A stretch of DNA of 64,000 bases. It comes from Zygnema circumcarinatum SAG 698-1b. Its lineage: Eukaryota > Plantae > Zygnematophyceae. The notes beneath the pieces are model-generated. The model had not been told where the DNA came from and did no database searches. It saw only the letters and a list, made by a program, of their open reading frames with translations. The stretch covers positions 62,001-126,000 of the forward strand of contig CM074808.1 of assembly GCA_037447605.1 (NCBI GenBank). The letters are read 5' to 3'. How positions within the stretch are numbered: position 1 is the first letter of the stretch; every line of letters begins with the position of its first letter. Below, one piece after another: positions 12,103-22,900 of this stretch. Both the position numbers and the translations under genes were made by a program.

Positions 12103-14991
12103 ATGGCGTGCCTGAAGGTGATGGCGACGTACGGGAGCTGCCGCAAGAGGAAGGCGGAGGAGAAGGGTGCTCGGAAGCATGCGGACGCCATCCGCGATGG
12201 CGATATGATTCCGAGGAGCCTCCCGGTCCCGCACAGTCGTCCCTCTCACAGTCCCTGGAAGACGATGTCGGATGCAGTAGATGGCAGCACCGAAGCCGAC
12301 ATAGCCATCGCCAGCGAGGGCTGTGGCGACAGCTTTGACGACGCGTGCACCCTAAACCCTGTCAGCGAAGTGGGGTTCAGTACTCCCGCTGCAGAGGATG
12401 CATGCGATGCGACAGGGCCCTCGCGACGACAGGTGGATTCAAAGTCGAGGACAACTTCAAAGTCGACGGCTCAGCCGCCGCTGATCATTCGGCTGCCGAC
12501 GGCCAAGTCGAGGCGCCTTCGTTTGGCGCCATCTGCACAGGCTCTCTCAGGGTTAAGAGGGGTTCAGGAAGTGGAAAAGTTTCAGGAGGGAGGTGGTTGT
12601 AAGGGCGTTCAGGGCAGGGGCGCCGCTTTTGGAACGCCCAAGGAGGCAGGACCGATAACTGAGGAGGAACGGAATCGGCAGATCCTTGTGGCTAACTTGG
12701 CAGAGGTAAAGAGAAGGAGGAGCAGGGGGACAAGAGGGGAACGAGAGAGGGAGCCGTTTGTGAACCTTTTTTTTTCCTTAACATTTAATGTACGAGTCCA
12801 AATATGTCGAAACCAGACGTATTCGGGAGATTTCGGGGAGAGACTTCAGCATTGAGTTAGTCTATGGGGCTTACTTCGGAGGTTGAATACTAGTGGTTGG
12901 AAAGCCCTAGAGATGTGTGTGTGCGTGTACGAGAGCGAGAGAATAACAGTAAAAGAGAATCTTAATGTAGGGTTTGTTTGAAAAGAAGGGTTCCGCTGAC
13001 TTCGTATAGTCAACTCTTTTCTACCTTTCCTGTCTCCTTCTCTCTCTCTTTCAGTCCCTCCGTGTCTACTTTTCTGCACCTGCCTGTTTCTCTCTTCCTC
13101 CCTCCTGTCCCTCCTTAACGCTCCCTGTCGACTCTCTACTCCTCTCTCTCTTCTCTCCTCTTGTTCATGTTTCCTCGGACCCTCTGCCTTACCCCCTCTG
13201 CCCTATCCTTCTTCCTTCCCGCGCCTTACATTCCCCCCTCCTCGTCCCACTCTCACCCTCTCCCTCTTCCCCGGGGCGATCGATGTTCCAGGCGGCCCTG
13301 CACCTGGAGGAAGGTCCGCGCACGCTGTACCTGGCAGTGGCCATTATGGACGTGTGTCTGGAGGACAGCAGGAGGAGGGGCAAGAAGCTCGACTTTGTTC
13401 AGCGCGATGTCTTAGCCCTCACCTGTCTCTACGTCGCATGCAAGCAAATATCCATGGCTCCACGGTGAGAGATCATTTTAGAACATTTTCCCTTCACAAA
13501 AAAAAAATTACCTTGTTCTTATTCTCCTTACCAAAACGGTTTGTTTGTTGCTTTTGTGTTGGAGAGGCTCATTTGCACTTGTCATGTGTACTCCGTTTGT
13601 TTTCTCTAGGTACTGTTATTGATTTTGCAGTTTAACATGTTTGCGTTCAGGGGGCCGGATGACTTTTGTGCGGCGGCGGGAGTGAAGGAGGGCACGGTGA
13701 AGGGGTGTATGATAAATCGACAGGCGGCAGTGGTGGAGGGGCTCCTGGGATTTAGCGCAGTTGCTGAACCCAAGTCATCAAGGAGCATTTGGTGAGATGG
13801 CTGCTGAGGGAGGGAGGCAGGAAGGGTCCTTATAAGGTGGAATCGGTGCGTGGGCGGAAGTGGGAGAGGGAGGGAAAGTCTTGGGTCAAAATGGAGGGAG
13901 CTAAGCAAGCCGGATGGAGGAAAATGGTTTGTTCGTCAGAAGAGAGGGAGAGAAAGGTTTGCATGATTCAGGGATGGGGAAGCGACGGAGGTCTCGTTTG
14001 TAGGGTGGAGGGAAGTGAGGTAGTGAATGAGGGAGATAACTTTTTGTTGGAGGAAGGAAAGCCGGATAGAGTGAAGCTACTAGAAGGGAGGAAGAAAGGA
14101 TGAATTGGAGGGAGTGAGAGGACGAAAAATGGCTAGGACACTCTTGGTCTCTCTCTCGCTGTAGAATTGGTTATCCATTTGACTCCTGTTTTCTGCGTTT
14201 TCTGTTTTTTTCCTTAACATTTTTACTTTCTCTGGCGAGAGTTGGGAGCAGGCTGGGAATGCAGCCATCAATTGAAGCCACTGAGGTGAGGCACTAATTT
14301 TTTCCCTTGCTTTTTTAATTTATAGTATTGCTGGAGTTGCGTACATGTGATTCAATTCTGTTGTTAACCTCTTTCACTTCTCCGTTTTTGTTGTCTTGTC
14401 TCTACTGATTCTCAGGAAGAATACATGGCGCGATTTGTATGTGAAGTAGCTACAACGGATTATGGAAAGAAATATTTCTCTGAGGAAGTTGTAGGGGCGG
14501 CAGCTGGATGCTGGAGGCTCTCTCCGTCCTCGGAAGCAGATGCTGATGCGTTGCAGGTACAGCTTCGAGGGGGGCGAGAAGTGGGAAGGGAAGAAGCAGG
14601 GTGGACAGAGTGGAAGGCAAAGGCAAGGGGCAGGGGAGTGACCGAGAAGGAGAGTGGTCTACTATTCGTCCTATCAATCCTTGTCTATCTGCTGATTCTT
14701 TCCCTTCCATTTTGCTTGCCTCCTATTATCTGATTTTTATTCCAGTGATTAAGAAGTGCTGACATGCTTCGCCTGTCCCTCCTGCAGTTACTTGGAGAAT
14801 TCCTCTACCAGCCAGGGAACGGAATGGAATGTCCATTAGAACGTAACGGAGCACGTGAGTGGCAGTTGGAGCGGCCTCCTTTCGTCCAAGCGCTGCCATG
14901 TCAGTTACAGCGAGCTCGGCAGCAAAACCCTAGCAGTGCCGTAAATCTCGCAGGATGCTTCTCTGTTCGGAAGGAGTTGGCATGTCGCTAG
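12103..14991 (+). CDS. Divergent cyclin-like protein (N- and C-terminal cyclin folds); last exon uncertain
   Basis: Spliced reading ...NRQILVANLAE|AALHLEEGPRTLYLAVAIMDVCL...LALTCLYVACK...|RGPDDF...INRQAAVVEGLLGF...|...EEYMARFVCEVATTDYGKKYFSEEVVGAAA. This matches the cyclin-box pattern MRAILVDWL..TLYLAV..LD..L.LTCL.IA.K and the C-terminal YL.ELS..DY pattern. The first four GT-AG junctions keep frame. Confidence 0.7.
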
Positions 14992-16119
14992 GGTTTGGAG
15001 TCAGAATCTGGAATTTTAGAGTTTGGCAGGCATAGGCTCGAATGTAGGGTGTATACAGAAGATTCAGTGGATCTTCCTTTAGAAGCTTCTAGAAGCTTGC
15101 GGGGTATTCTTGAGCGGGGAAGCTGAGAAAAAGAGAAGGCGCTCTGTACAGGGGGTAGAAGAGCTTGGCATCTGGGTTCGACCTAGGCTTGAAGCTGCTT
15201 TGCCTATATGGGACTGGGTTGGTTTTGGGGGGAGGGAGGGCTGGGTGCTAGGCGTGAAGCAAATTTGTCGATATTTCAAGGAGTCTTTATGGTCCGTAGC
15301 TGTGCAGGCTGTAAGGAGCAAGGAGCAGGAGTGGTGTAAAGGGGATTTTTCGTTTTAAGGGGAGTAGAGCAGAGAGAGTATGTAAATTGCAGGGGACCGC
15401 CGCGTTGCATCGCGGTGGCCCACTTCCGTCGCGGGAGGGAGCAGGGGCCTGTGCCGGCCTCAGCACCAAGTCAAGTTGGCAGTGCTGAGCGGTCCAGGCA
15501 TTGGAGTAGGGCACGATGTCGCATACTTGTACATATGTAGCTTTTTGTTTCTGTAATGAAAAAATCAATGCATAATTTCTGGCATTGAAACTGTGTCGTG
15601 AACCAGGGAGCATGGCATGTGCGTGTTTGTGAGGAATGTTTGCTGACCAACTGCAGGTAAGGATTCTGGGGTGGTTTCCTTTCTGCGGAACAGTACGCGT
15701 ACTTTTCAGTAGTCTGTTGTGTAGGTCGGTTTGACAAACTGTCTCGTGCTGCGGCGAACACGAAGGAGCAAGCGTTGGAAAAAGTGGCACCAGAAAAATG
15801 ACCAGCATCCAAATCAATTGTGTGAGTTGTACAATTAGCATATGTAGCTAGAGAAGTAGTCGAGCCATCTACTTGGAGACGTGGGGAAATTGCGACATTG
15901 CCGGTGCTTTTGCTTGACATCCGTACGAAAAGCTAGCGATTTTTCACAGCTGCCGACGCATGTGTGTGTGTTTGCAGTTGTAGCGCTACTGAATTTCCTT
16001 CGTTTTTTCCCCCTCCCGCGAGATGTGACGCGCCGCACATCGCTCGGCGACCTTCGCGGCTTCTTCGAAGGAGGGAGGGCTTGGAGCGGTGTTGAGCCTA
16101 CGCGTAGCTTTGCGTTTCT

Positions 16120-16236
16120 AGCTTTATTCTTTTGTGCTTAGGTCCTTTGCGCCCAGTTGTTCCTCGTGGTTCCCCATGATGCTGACGTTGTCCATGTTCA
16201 TTTGATGGCATCATCGCCATCGTGAGATCAATGCCA
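16120..16236 (-). repeat. Short dispersed repeat, copy b
   Basis: Reverse complement TGGCATTGATCTCACGATGGCGATGATGCCATCAAATGAACATGGACAACGTCAGCATCATGGGGAACCACG matches 8791-8901 and 57242-57292. Confidence 0.75.
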
Positions 16237-16558
16237 CATCCTCTTCCCCCTTTTTTCTTGGATCGGTCGTCCTTCCCAAACTCCTCAATATCAAATGTGT
16301 ATTTCGTAGACCCTAACACCATTAATTTGAACTATTGCATAATAAAAGATTTTGGCTGTTTCAAAAAAAATCTATTCGTAATCGGTGTTCAAATTAAAAA
16401 CTGTTTCGAAAAAAAGATATGCAAAATGCGAAAAAAAAAAAAAAAAATGCGAATCCAATACGGAACCAATTGGCCATTGAACAATTAACTCTCGGTCGTG
16501 TTCAATATCAATTTACTTTGCATCCACAGATCAACAATCAGATCTTAGCAATCCCACA

Positions 16559-16623
16559 GCGCGTGGACCCGGGTCCACGCGCGTTCAAAATTTGCCCGTT
16601 TTCGTTTTCGTACCGTACGAAAA
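16559..16623. other. Two adjacent palindromes (24-bp perfect; 9+1+9 bp)
   Basis: GCGCGTGGACCCGGGTCCACGCGC (16559-16582) and TTTTCGTAC-C-GTACGAAAA (16605-16623). Confidence 0.85.
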
Positions 16624-17344
16624 TCGTTGATGGCGCAAAAAGTCGCACGGCGAAAATTGGGCCGGCGTTAGGCAATAACTCAGATTGCCTGCCTCCTACG
16701 TGACAAAAAATGGAATTCACACGTGTCACCGAACAGATTGAGACTTTGCAAATTACACTTTGTTTTTATATTGTTCAATTTGGAAAATTATTCATTTTGT
16801 GTTAAGGAATTCAGAGGAAACCTTTTCATTTGCACATTGAACAATTCCAAAAAAACAAATTAATGGCAGTAGGGTCCATACACCCATCTTTTCGTCCTCC
16901 CACACATCCATGTCTTTGCGTACAGTACATTTGCGGGGCCACGCTACAAGTGTGCCCACACCCGATGAACAGTGCAGATGCGGACAAAAGGTACAAATCA
17001 AGTACATCTTCATATTTATTTAGACAATTTTCATCTTTAACATTTCACATTCACATTTTACATTCATTTTAACATGAGAATTTCCACAAATTTTGAACCT
17101 GCGCAAGTGCCACAACCTCCCTAAGCTTTCCCTCCTTCCCGTATTTCTCCACTGTAACGCTCTCTCCCCATAATTAAACCCTCCCTCCAACAACAACAGT
17201 CCTTTCTCTCCCACATTCTACAACTGCCGCCAAAAACAAAAATCAAGTTCAGCTGTGACTGCCGCGCAGGAATAAACGAACAAAACGAAAAACGAAGGCC
17301 GAAAACAAGCGATTGCTGCCTCTCCTCCCCCGCGTGACACGGTA

Positions 17345-20300
17345 TCACAGATGGAAGCTGAGCGAGTGGAAGTTGAACGCGGGCCGCCGCCTGCTGAAGG
17401 CGAGGGAGAGCGGCGCGGGGCTGTGCCGCCGGCACTCCCTCGCGACGTCGACCTCCATCCCCTCGGGCCCGCTCACCAACACTCCCACGTCCGCCTCCGG
17501 CATCCTTCGTCTCAGATCCGCAAAAATTTCTGCCAAAACGAAAACAAGAAACGGGAGGCGGGGACGTCTGTGGCTGCGCGCTGGACATGTTCAAAGCAGC
17601 TGACAGAGTATCCGGGATGCACCAACGACTTTTCGAGGAACGAAAATGAATGGCATAAGATCAGGAGTGGCAGAAAGAGAGAAAGGGACAGATTAAAGAA
17701 AGAGACGACTTACCTCCAAAGTTTGGGCGAGAGCCGTATGTGATTTCTGGTGCGTTGAAAGGAGTGAGAGAGAGCTCGTCCTCGCCATCTCCGTCCCACT
17801 TCTTTGCTTTATTTTCTCCCTCCCCTTTCTTTGTTGAAAGGCCAGTCACGAGGTACCAGATAGCGACGACTATAAGGGAAGAAATAATTATTCCAATGGA
17901 TAACGCAAGGAGGGCGAGAGCTCCGCTCGCCCAATTGTCATTGACGGAATTATTCCACTTCCATGTGAAGAGCAGACAGATAGAGAAGGTCCCGCCCCCA
18001 ACAAAGACATAGATGAGTAAGGAGAGGAGCTCCTTCCCTGCGACGGAAAAGAGAGACATGAGGATGGTCAGGAATACATGATGAGAGGACCCTTCGAGCC
18101 ATCAAGGGTTTCTAAAGAGAAGAAATGAAAGGGAAGTCCTGACAGTGCGAGTGCGCACCTGCCCCGATCTGCGCTACCATGGGCCACGATGAGTCCCATC
18201 GGACGGTCGTCCGCTTCTGCGAGGGCGCGTGATCGCCGCCCGCCTCCACCGCGGAGTCCCTCGTCACGTAGACGGCGGAGCGCAGCGCGAGGCGCGGCGC
18301 GGGGGCGAGGGCGAGGGCGGGCCCGCGCACGTCCGCGAGAAGAGCCGCACTGCTCGCGCTGCGCACGGCCCACACCACCGTCACGCTCGACGGCAGCCTG
18401 CACGCGGGCACAGCCGGTTAGAGAGAGAGAGAGAGAGTGAGAGCGGGGGAGAGAGGGGAGAGAGAGAGAGAGGGGAGAGGGAGGGGAAAGGGAGGAGAGA
18501 GAGGGAGAGAGAACTCACTTCTGCTGATTCTGCTGGCAGCGGTGGAGGAGGTCCTTCAACATTGCCAGAAATGGAGTGATTCCACTCCCACCAGCAATCA
18601 GCACAAGCGCATCGTACCTGCAATGCAATTACGTACACAGACACACGACATTACCACATCGTTCCATTCGAATTGCAAGAGGGGAACCCCGACATCTCCA
18701 GAAGATCACAACCCAAAACCCCCCCGCCTCACTTGGCGTAGAAGTCCTGCTGCTGTCCGTACGGCCCCTCCAGCCGCAGCAGCACGGGGTCCTGCTTGGC
18801 CACGAGCTGCTCCAGCGCGCGCGTCCAGCGGCCCAGCGGCTTCACCACCACGCTCAGCCTCCGCCGCCCGTCGAGGGGCGAGCTCGTGATGCTGAAGGCG
18901 TGCCACTGCACGGCCGACACGGCCGGGACGTTGATGAAGATGGAGTCCAACGGCTTGTACACTAAATCTGCAACAGAAAATTGACGACGGGCATTAAACG
19001 AAGGACTTTCAGAAGTCCAATCCATGTTTGATGAATTTGGTCTGCATGCGCATTACATGAACATGGGAAAATGCATCTTAGCAATAAACGCTCATTCTTT
19101 TCTGCTGTTTTCTTCGCCATATCTGTTTTCATCATCCTGCGGCTGACCTTCCGCCACCGGAATGACGAGCTCGACGCAGCCGTCCGCGAGGATGGAGGCC
19201 TCCTCCGCCTGCGCGAGGTGCAGCGCCTGCACGCTCCGCAGCACGCGGTCGAGGCCGTGCAGCAGCAGCGCGGGGAAGAGCGGCACTAGGTAGAAGGGCC
19301 CCGCGTGCATGAACAGGAACAGCAGGAAGATGAGGTACAGCTGCAGGCCACAGAGCACGGTTAGAGGGGAAAGGGAGGGGACACCGAACACGACAGTGCA
19401 AGTGCCTGAAACTGAACTGAACGGAACAGGCGCGCGAGTGAATGCATGCATATGTTAGAGAGGGAGAGGCCCGGGCACAGGAGTGCGAATGCAGTAATCT
19501 GCACCTGATGCGTCCAGATGAAGGTCTCGAAGCTCCTCCGACGAACGGGCCCGAGCGACGTTATCCAAATAACTATTCCCACAATGGTGTCAATCTCTCC
19601 CGCCAAGTTGTTGATCAAATGTTCACCTTGCCACCTCCAGATCTGCAGGCGAGGCCAAGGCCCGAGGTTCCAGAGGTTCAAGGTTTAGCGAGCAGCACCG
19701 GGCAGAAGAAATCAATAACTTTTGGAAAGACTGATCGACACTGACGTTCTAAGCTGCAAGGTCAAGGGTTTGACAAGACTTCTTTACCTGCTTCCAAAAC
19801 ACTCCTTCGATGATCCACAGCACCCAGTACCCCACGGAGTGGATGAGCGCCATCCAGAGCACGGAGTGGCCCATCCAGCGGTGATAGCGGATGGCCTGCT
19901 CGAAGGGGATGCCGGTGAGTCGCAAGATGGGCGACCCGCGGCTGACGGGGAAGAAGAGTGCGAACATCATCATAGCGCAGAGCCAGCCAAAGCGCTCCAC
20001 AACAAAGTCGAATTGCAGTTGCCATCTGGCGGAGGAACCCTCTCGAAATCAGCATAAAGCATGTCATCGTTCTTCGCTCTCTCTCTCCCCACCTTATCTC
20101 CTCCGCTACTATTCTCCGAGTCTCTCTCTTCTATCCTTCCACCTAGTCTCTCCTTCCTGCCACCCTTTCTTTCCCGCTTTTACCCCGTGGACGTGCCCCC
20201 CTCCCCCTCCCCCTCCCCACTCACTTGTGCTTGGCGTTGACCACTCCCGCGAGCCAGGACTCCCCTCTGTCGATGTACTGGAAGTGCTGCCACACCGAGC

Positions 20301-21448
20301 GCGAGAAGTACCACCCGAAGAGCGCGGCCGTGGTGAGCACCCAGAAGGCCTCCCCCACCGACACGGGCCCCACCGCGCGGTTCGCGAACACCACCTGCCG
20401 CGCAAACCGCGCGGGGAACTTTCCGAGCGGAAGCGATCTGCAGGAGCAGGGCACCCGCCGCGGTCAACCTGGGGCATTGTGAAGGAGTTTGCCGGGGAAA
20501 GGTAGGGGGGGAGGGCTAGAAAGACAGTAAGAAAGAGAGAGAGAGGGTGAGAGAGAGAGTTGGGTTCATCTACAAGCCACATTTGTACCCATTTGCGGGC
20601 CCATCTTCTTCCGAAATCATAATCGACTCTCCAAGCGCCACTTAAGAAGAAAGGAGAATAGCCACTAATTTCACAATGACTACGACGTGCAAAGGAAAAA
20701 AGACTGTCACTGCGCACACCTAATTAGAAAAGCACTAGGACGGCTTCTTGAGATTGCCAATGTCGGAAATTGAACGCACCTGTTGGGAAACTTGGAGCGG
20801 TCAAGTTTGAGGTACAAGTACGCGCAGAACGTGACCACCAGCATCGGCGCAGCATATAACACCCAGTAGCCCTCTGCAGAGTATCATTTTTTGTTAAAAA
20901 AGGTTCAACAAACTTTAGAAGTCGAAACACGGAATGTAAAAGGTGACGGGTGCAGCTTCCTAGTTCTTGTTCATCGTCTCTTACACACGTGAGAAAATTG
21001 CCAAACAAGCCGTGCGGCCATTTCTAGACATCATTAAAACAACACCAAGTCATGGCCAGCATCAGCACCATCTGAATGAAAAACGGACAAATTGATTCAG
21101 AATGAAAAGTTGCAAGTTGCACGTTAAAATCTACGAAAGAATTCCTTGTTCCTGCATTGCTATTTCCATGAGTCTCACCGTTCATGTCGAGGTATTCGGT
21201 CATCGGGATCTTCATCTGTACGTCCATGTACCAGTGCAGCGGCGTCACCCACCACGTCACCACGAAGTACAGGAAGCTCGCCCACATCACCGCCAGCAGC
21301 GCATAGGCGGCCCTGTGTCACCGCCACCCCATCCCCGCCCACCGATGACGTCAGTCAGCTCCTCCCCCCCGTCCGGGCCAAGGCACGCTTGCGGGCACGA
21401 GGCCCACCCCATGTGCAGGACGGACGTGCTCCCGTCGGCGGCGGCCAT
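17345..21448 (-). CDS. FRO: Ferric/cupric chelate reductase, tandem copy A (FRO family, NOX/ferric reductase superfamily)
   Basis: About 12 exons. Motifs: [30 protein letters not shown] and THQ|LY...MHAG (haem His), [10 protein letters not shown] (FAD), [13 protein letters not shown] (NADPH), GVLVSGP...FHSLSF*. Exon 1 is [14 protein letters not shown]. Confidence 0.93.
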
Positions 21449-21579
21449 AACTCCTCCTCTTCCTCCTCCTCCTCCTTTGCGAGGGTGTTCTGTTTCGTCC
21501 TGCCCTGCTTCCTTCCTTCCTCCCTCGCGCGCACGCTCGCCCTTTTCATCTCTCTCTCTCTCCTCGCGGCGGCGGCGCT

Positions 21580-22014
21580 GTACGACCGCGCCGCGGTACG
21601 TACGTCCGACGGACTTGTACTGTACGGTACTGTACTGATTCTTAGCCATAATGTACGGCTGAAGTACTGTAAGGCAACCTTCGGGCAGACCGCCGGTACG
21701 CGCGCGCAAGCGCGACCGCCGTCCGATCGCGATCGCACGGTCCTGATCGCTCCGCGTGCGTGCCCGCCGGCGGGGGCGGCCTCCGCGCGCGGATCTGCGA
21801 GCTCCCTGCCGTACAGACGGCGGCCAATCGCACGCCGCCACGTGACGAGTAGCGTGTCGGCGGGGAGTACAGCGCGCGGGGCGTACTGCGGGGCCCGCAG
21901 TACAGGCCCGCCGATACGGATTGGTATCGTTCCGTATCGGGATATCTCGATGTGCCTAGGAACCACGAGCACTGGCCAGCGGGCTGCCCGTCCGCCTGCC
22001 CGCGGCTGCCGTAC
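21580..22014. promoter_or_regulatory. GTAC-dense upstream region of FRO-A (candidate copper-response elements)
   Basis: I counted 15 GTAC tetramers in 435 bp, 10 of them in 21580-21699, starting 132 bp upstream of the ATG. Confidence 0.55.
21824..21842 (+). promoter_or_regulatory. ERSE-type composite motif CCAAT-N9-CCACG upstream of FRO-A
   Basis: CCAAT cgcacgccg CCACG. Confidence 0.5.
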
Positions 22015-22900
22015 GGCCTCGCTTCATGCGAGCTCCGCCGCTCCGTCCCGTTCCGTTCCGTTGGCGGGCCGTGTGAGCGCTGCGCGGCGCTGCCTCGCTT
22101 TGCTCCAAAAGTGAGGGAGGGACTCCCTCCCTAAGTTTGGAGCCGCCGTGTGTTGTTAGGGCCACTCGGTTATTTGCGGCCGGCTTTGTCCATGTTTAAT
22201 GGGGCTGCCGGCGTGAGGCTTGCGCCAGTTCACTCCACCTCCGAGTGAAACAAAACCAGAAAACAGAAGGCAGCTAAGGCAAGCGCAGGGTCCAGCTCGT
22301 GGTTTGCACCAAAGGGAGCGGCCGGTTATGAATTCCGCGTAGGTTTTGACAATCAAAACATTCTTATAATGCTAGTTGACGCTTTTCCTTCTCAACAAAT
22401 TTCTCTCGTTGAAAAGAAATCACCGATTTCATTTATTGGATGTAGAACACCTTTCTTTCACGCATTCTAAAGTGGCGTATTTACCAAAAATATCCTCAAC
22501 TCTAAAGTCCGGATTTATTCCGCAACTTAAAATCCTACCGACTCAGAAAAACCTAAACGCCTTGCAGAACCTTTGTTAACTATGCGTTAACTTCATGTGC
22601 CCAGCTAAGCAAGACAAGCTTCTACTTCTTAAGGAAAGAAAAAAAAAAAGGGGTGAACGAATGCCCCGTAATCCTACACCTTCCTACCTACACTCTCACT
22701 TCTCTCGCATCTCTCTCTCTCTTTCTCTCTGTGTCTATCTCTCTCACTACCCTCTCTTTTTTTCCTTCCAGCGAGCTGCTGGTCGACATCGACCTTGTGC
22801 CTCCTACAGCTAATCGAACTAATCATAAAATGAATTGTTATCTACACTGCAAAAAGCATTAAGTAATGGCTAATGTCTGGCTGACATATTAATGAAAATA

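Noticed and set aside
15391-15500. Cluster of small hairpins (CTCAGCAC/GTGCTGAG stem) as a structured RNA or riboswitch
   Set aside because: No TPP, SRP or snRNA motif recognised, and stems of this length are expected in GC-rich sequence.
16540-16582. Helitron 3' end (GC hairpin, then CTAA 10 nt downstream on the minus strand)
   Set aside because: CTRR is followed by G rather than the target T, and no 5' TC end or second copy was found.
21318-21335. Apparent in-frame TGA in ATG GGG TGG CGG TGA CAC AGG GCC of FRO-A (possible selenocysteine or readthrough)
   Set aside because: It lies inside intron 1. The acceptor is ...ACACAG|GGCC, the same position as in FRO-B, and the true exon 1 starts at 21448.
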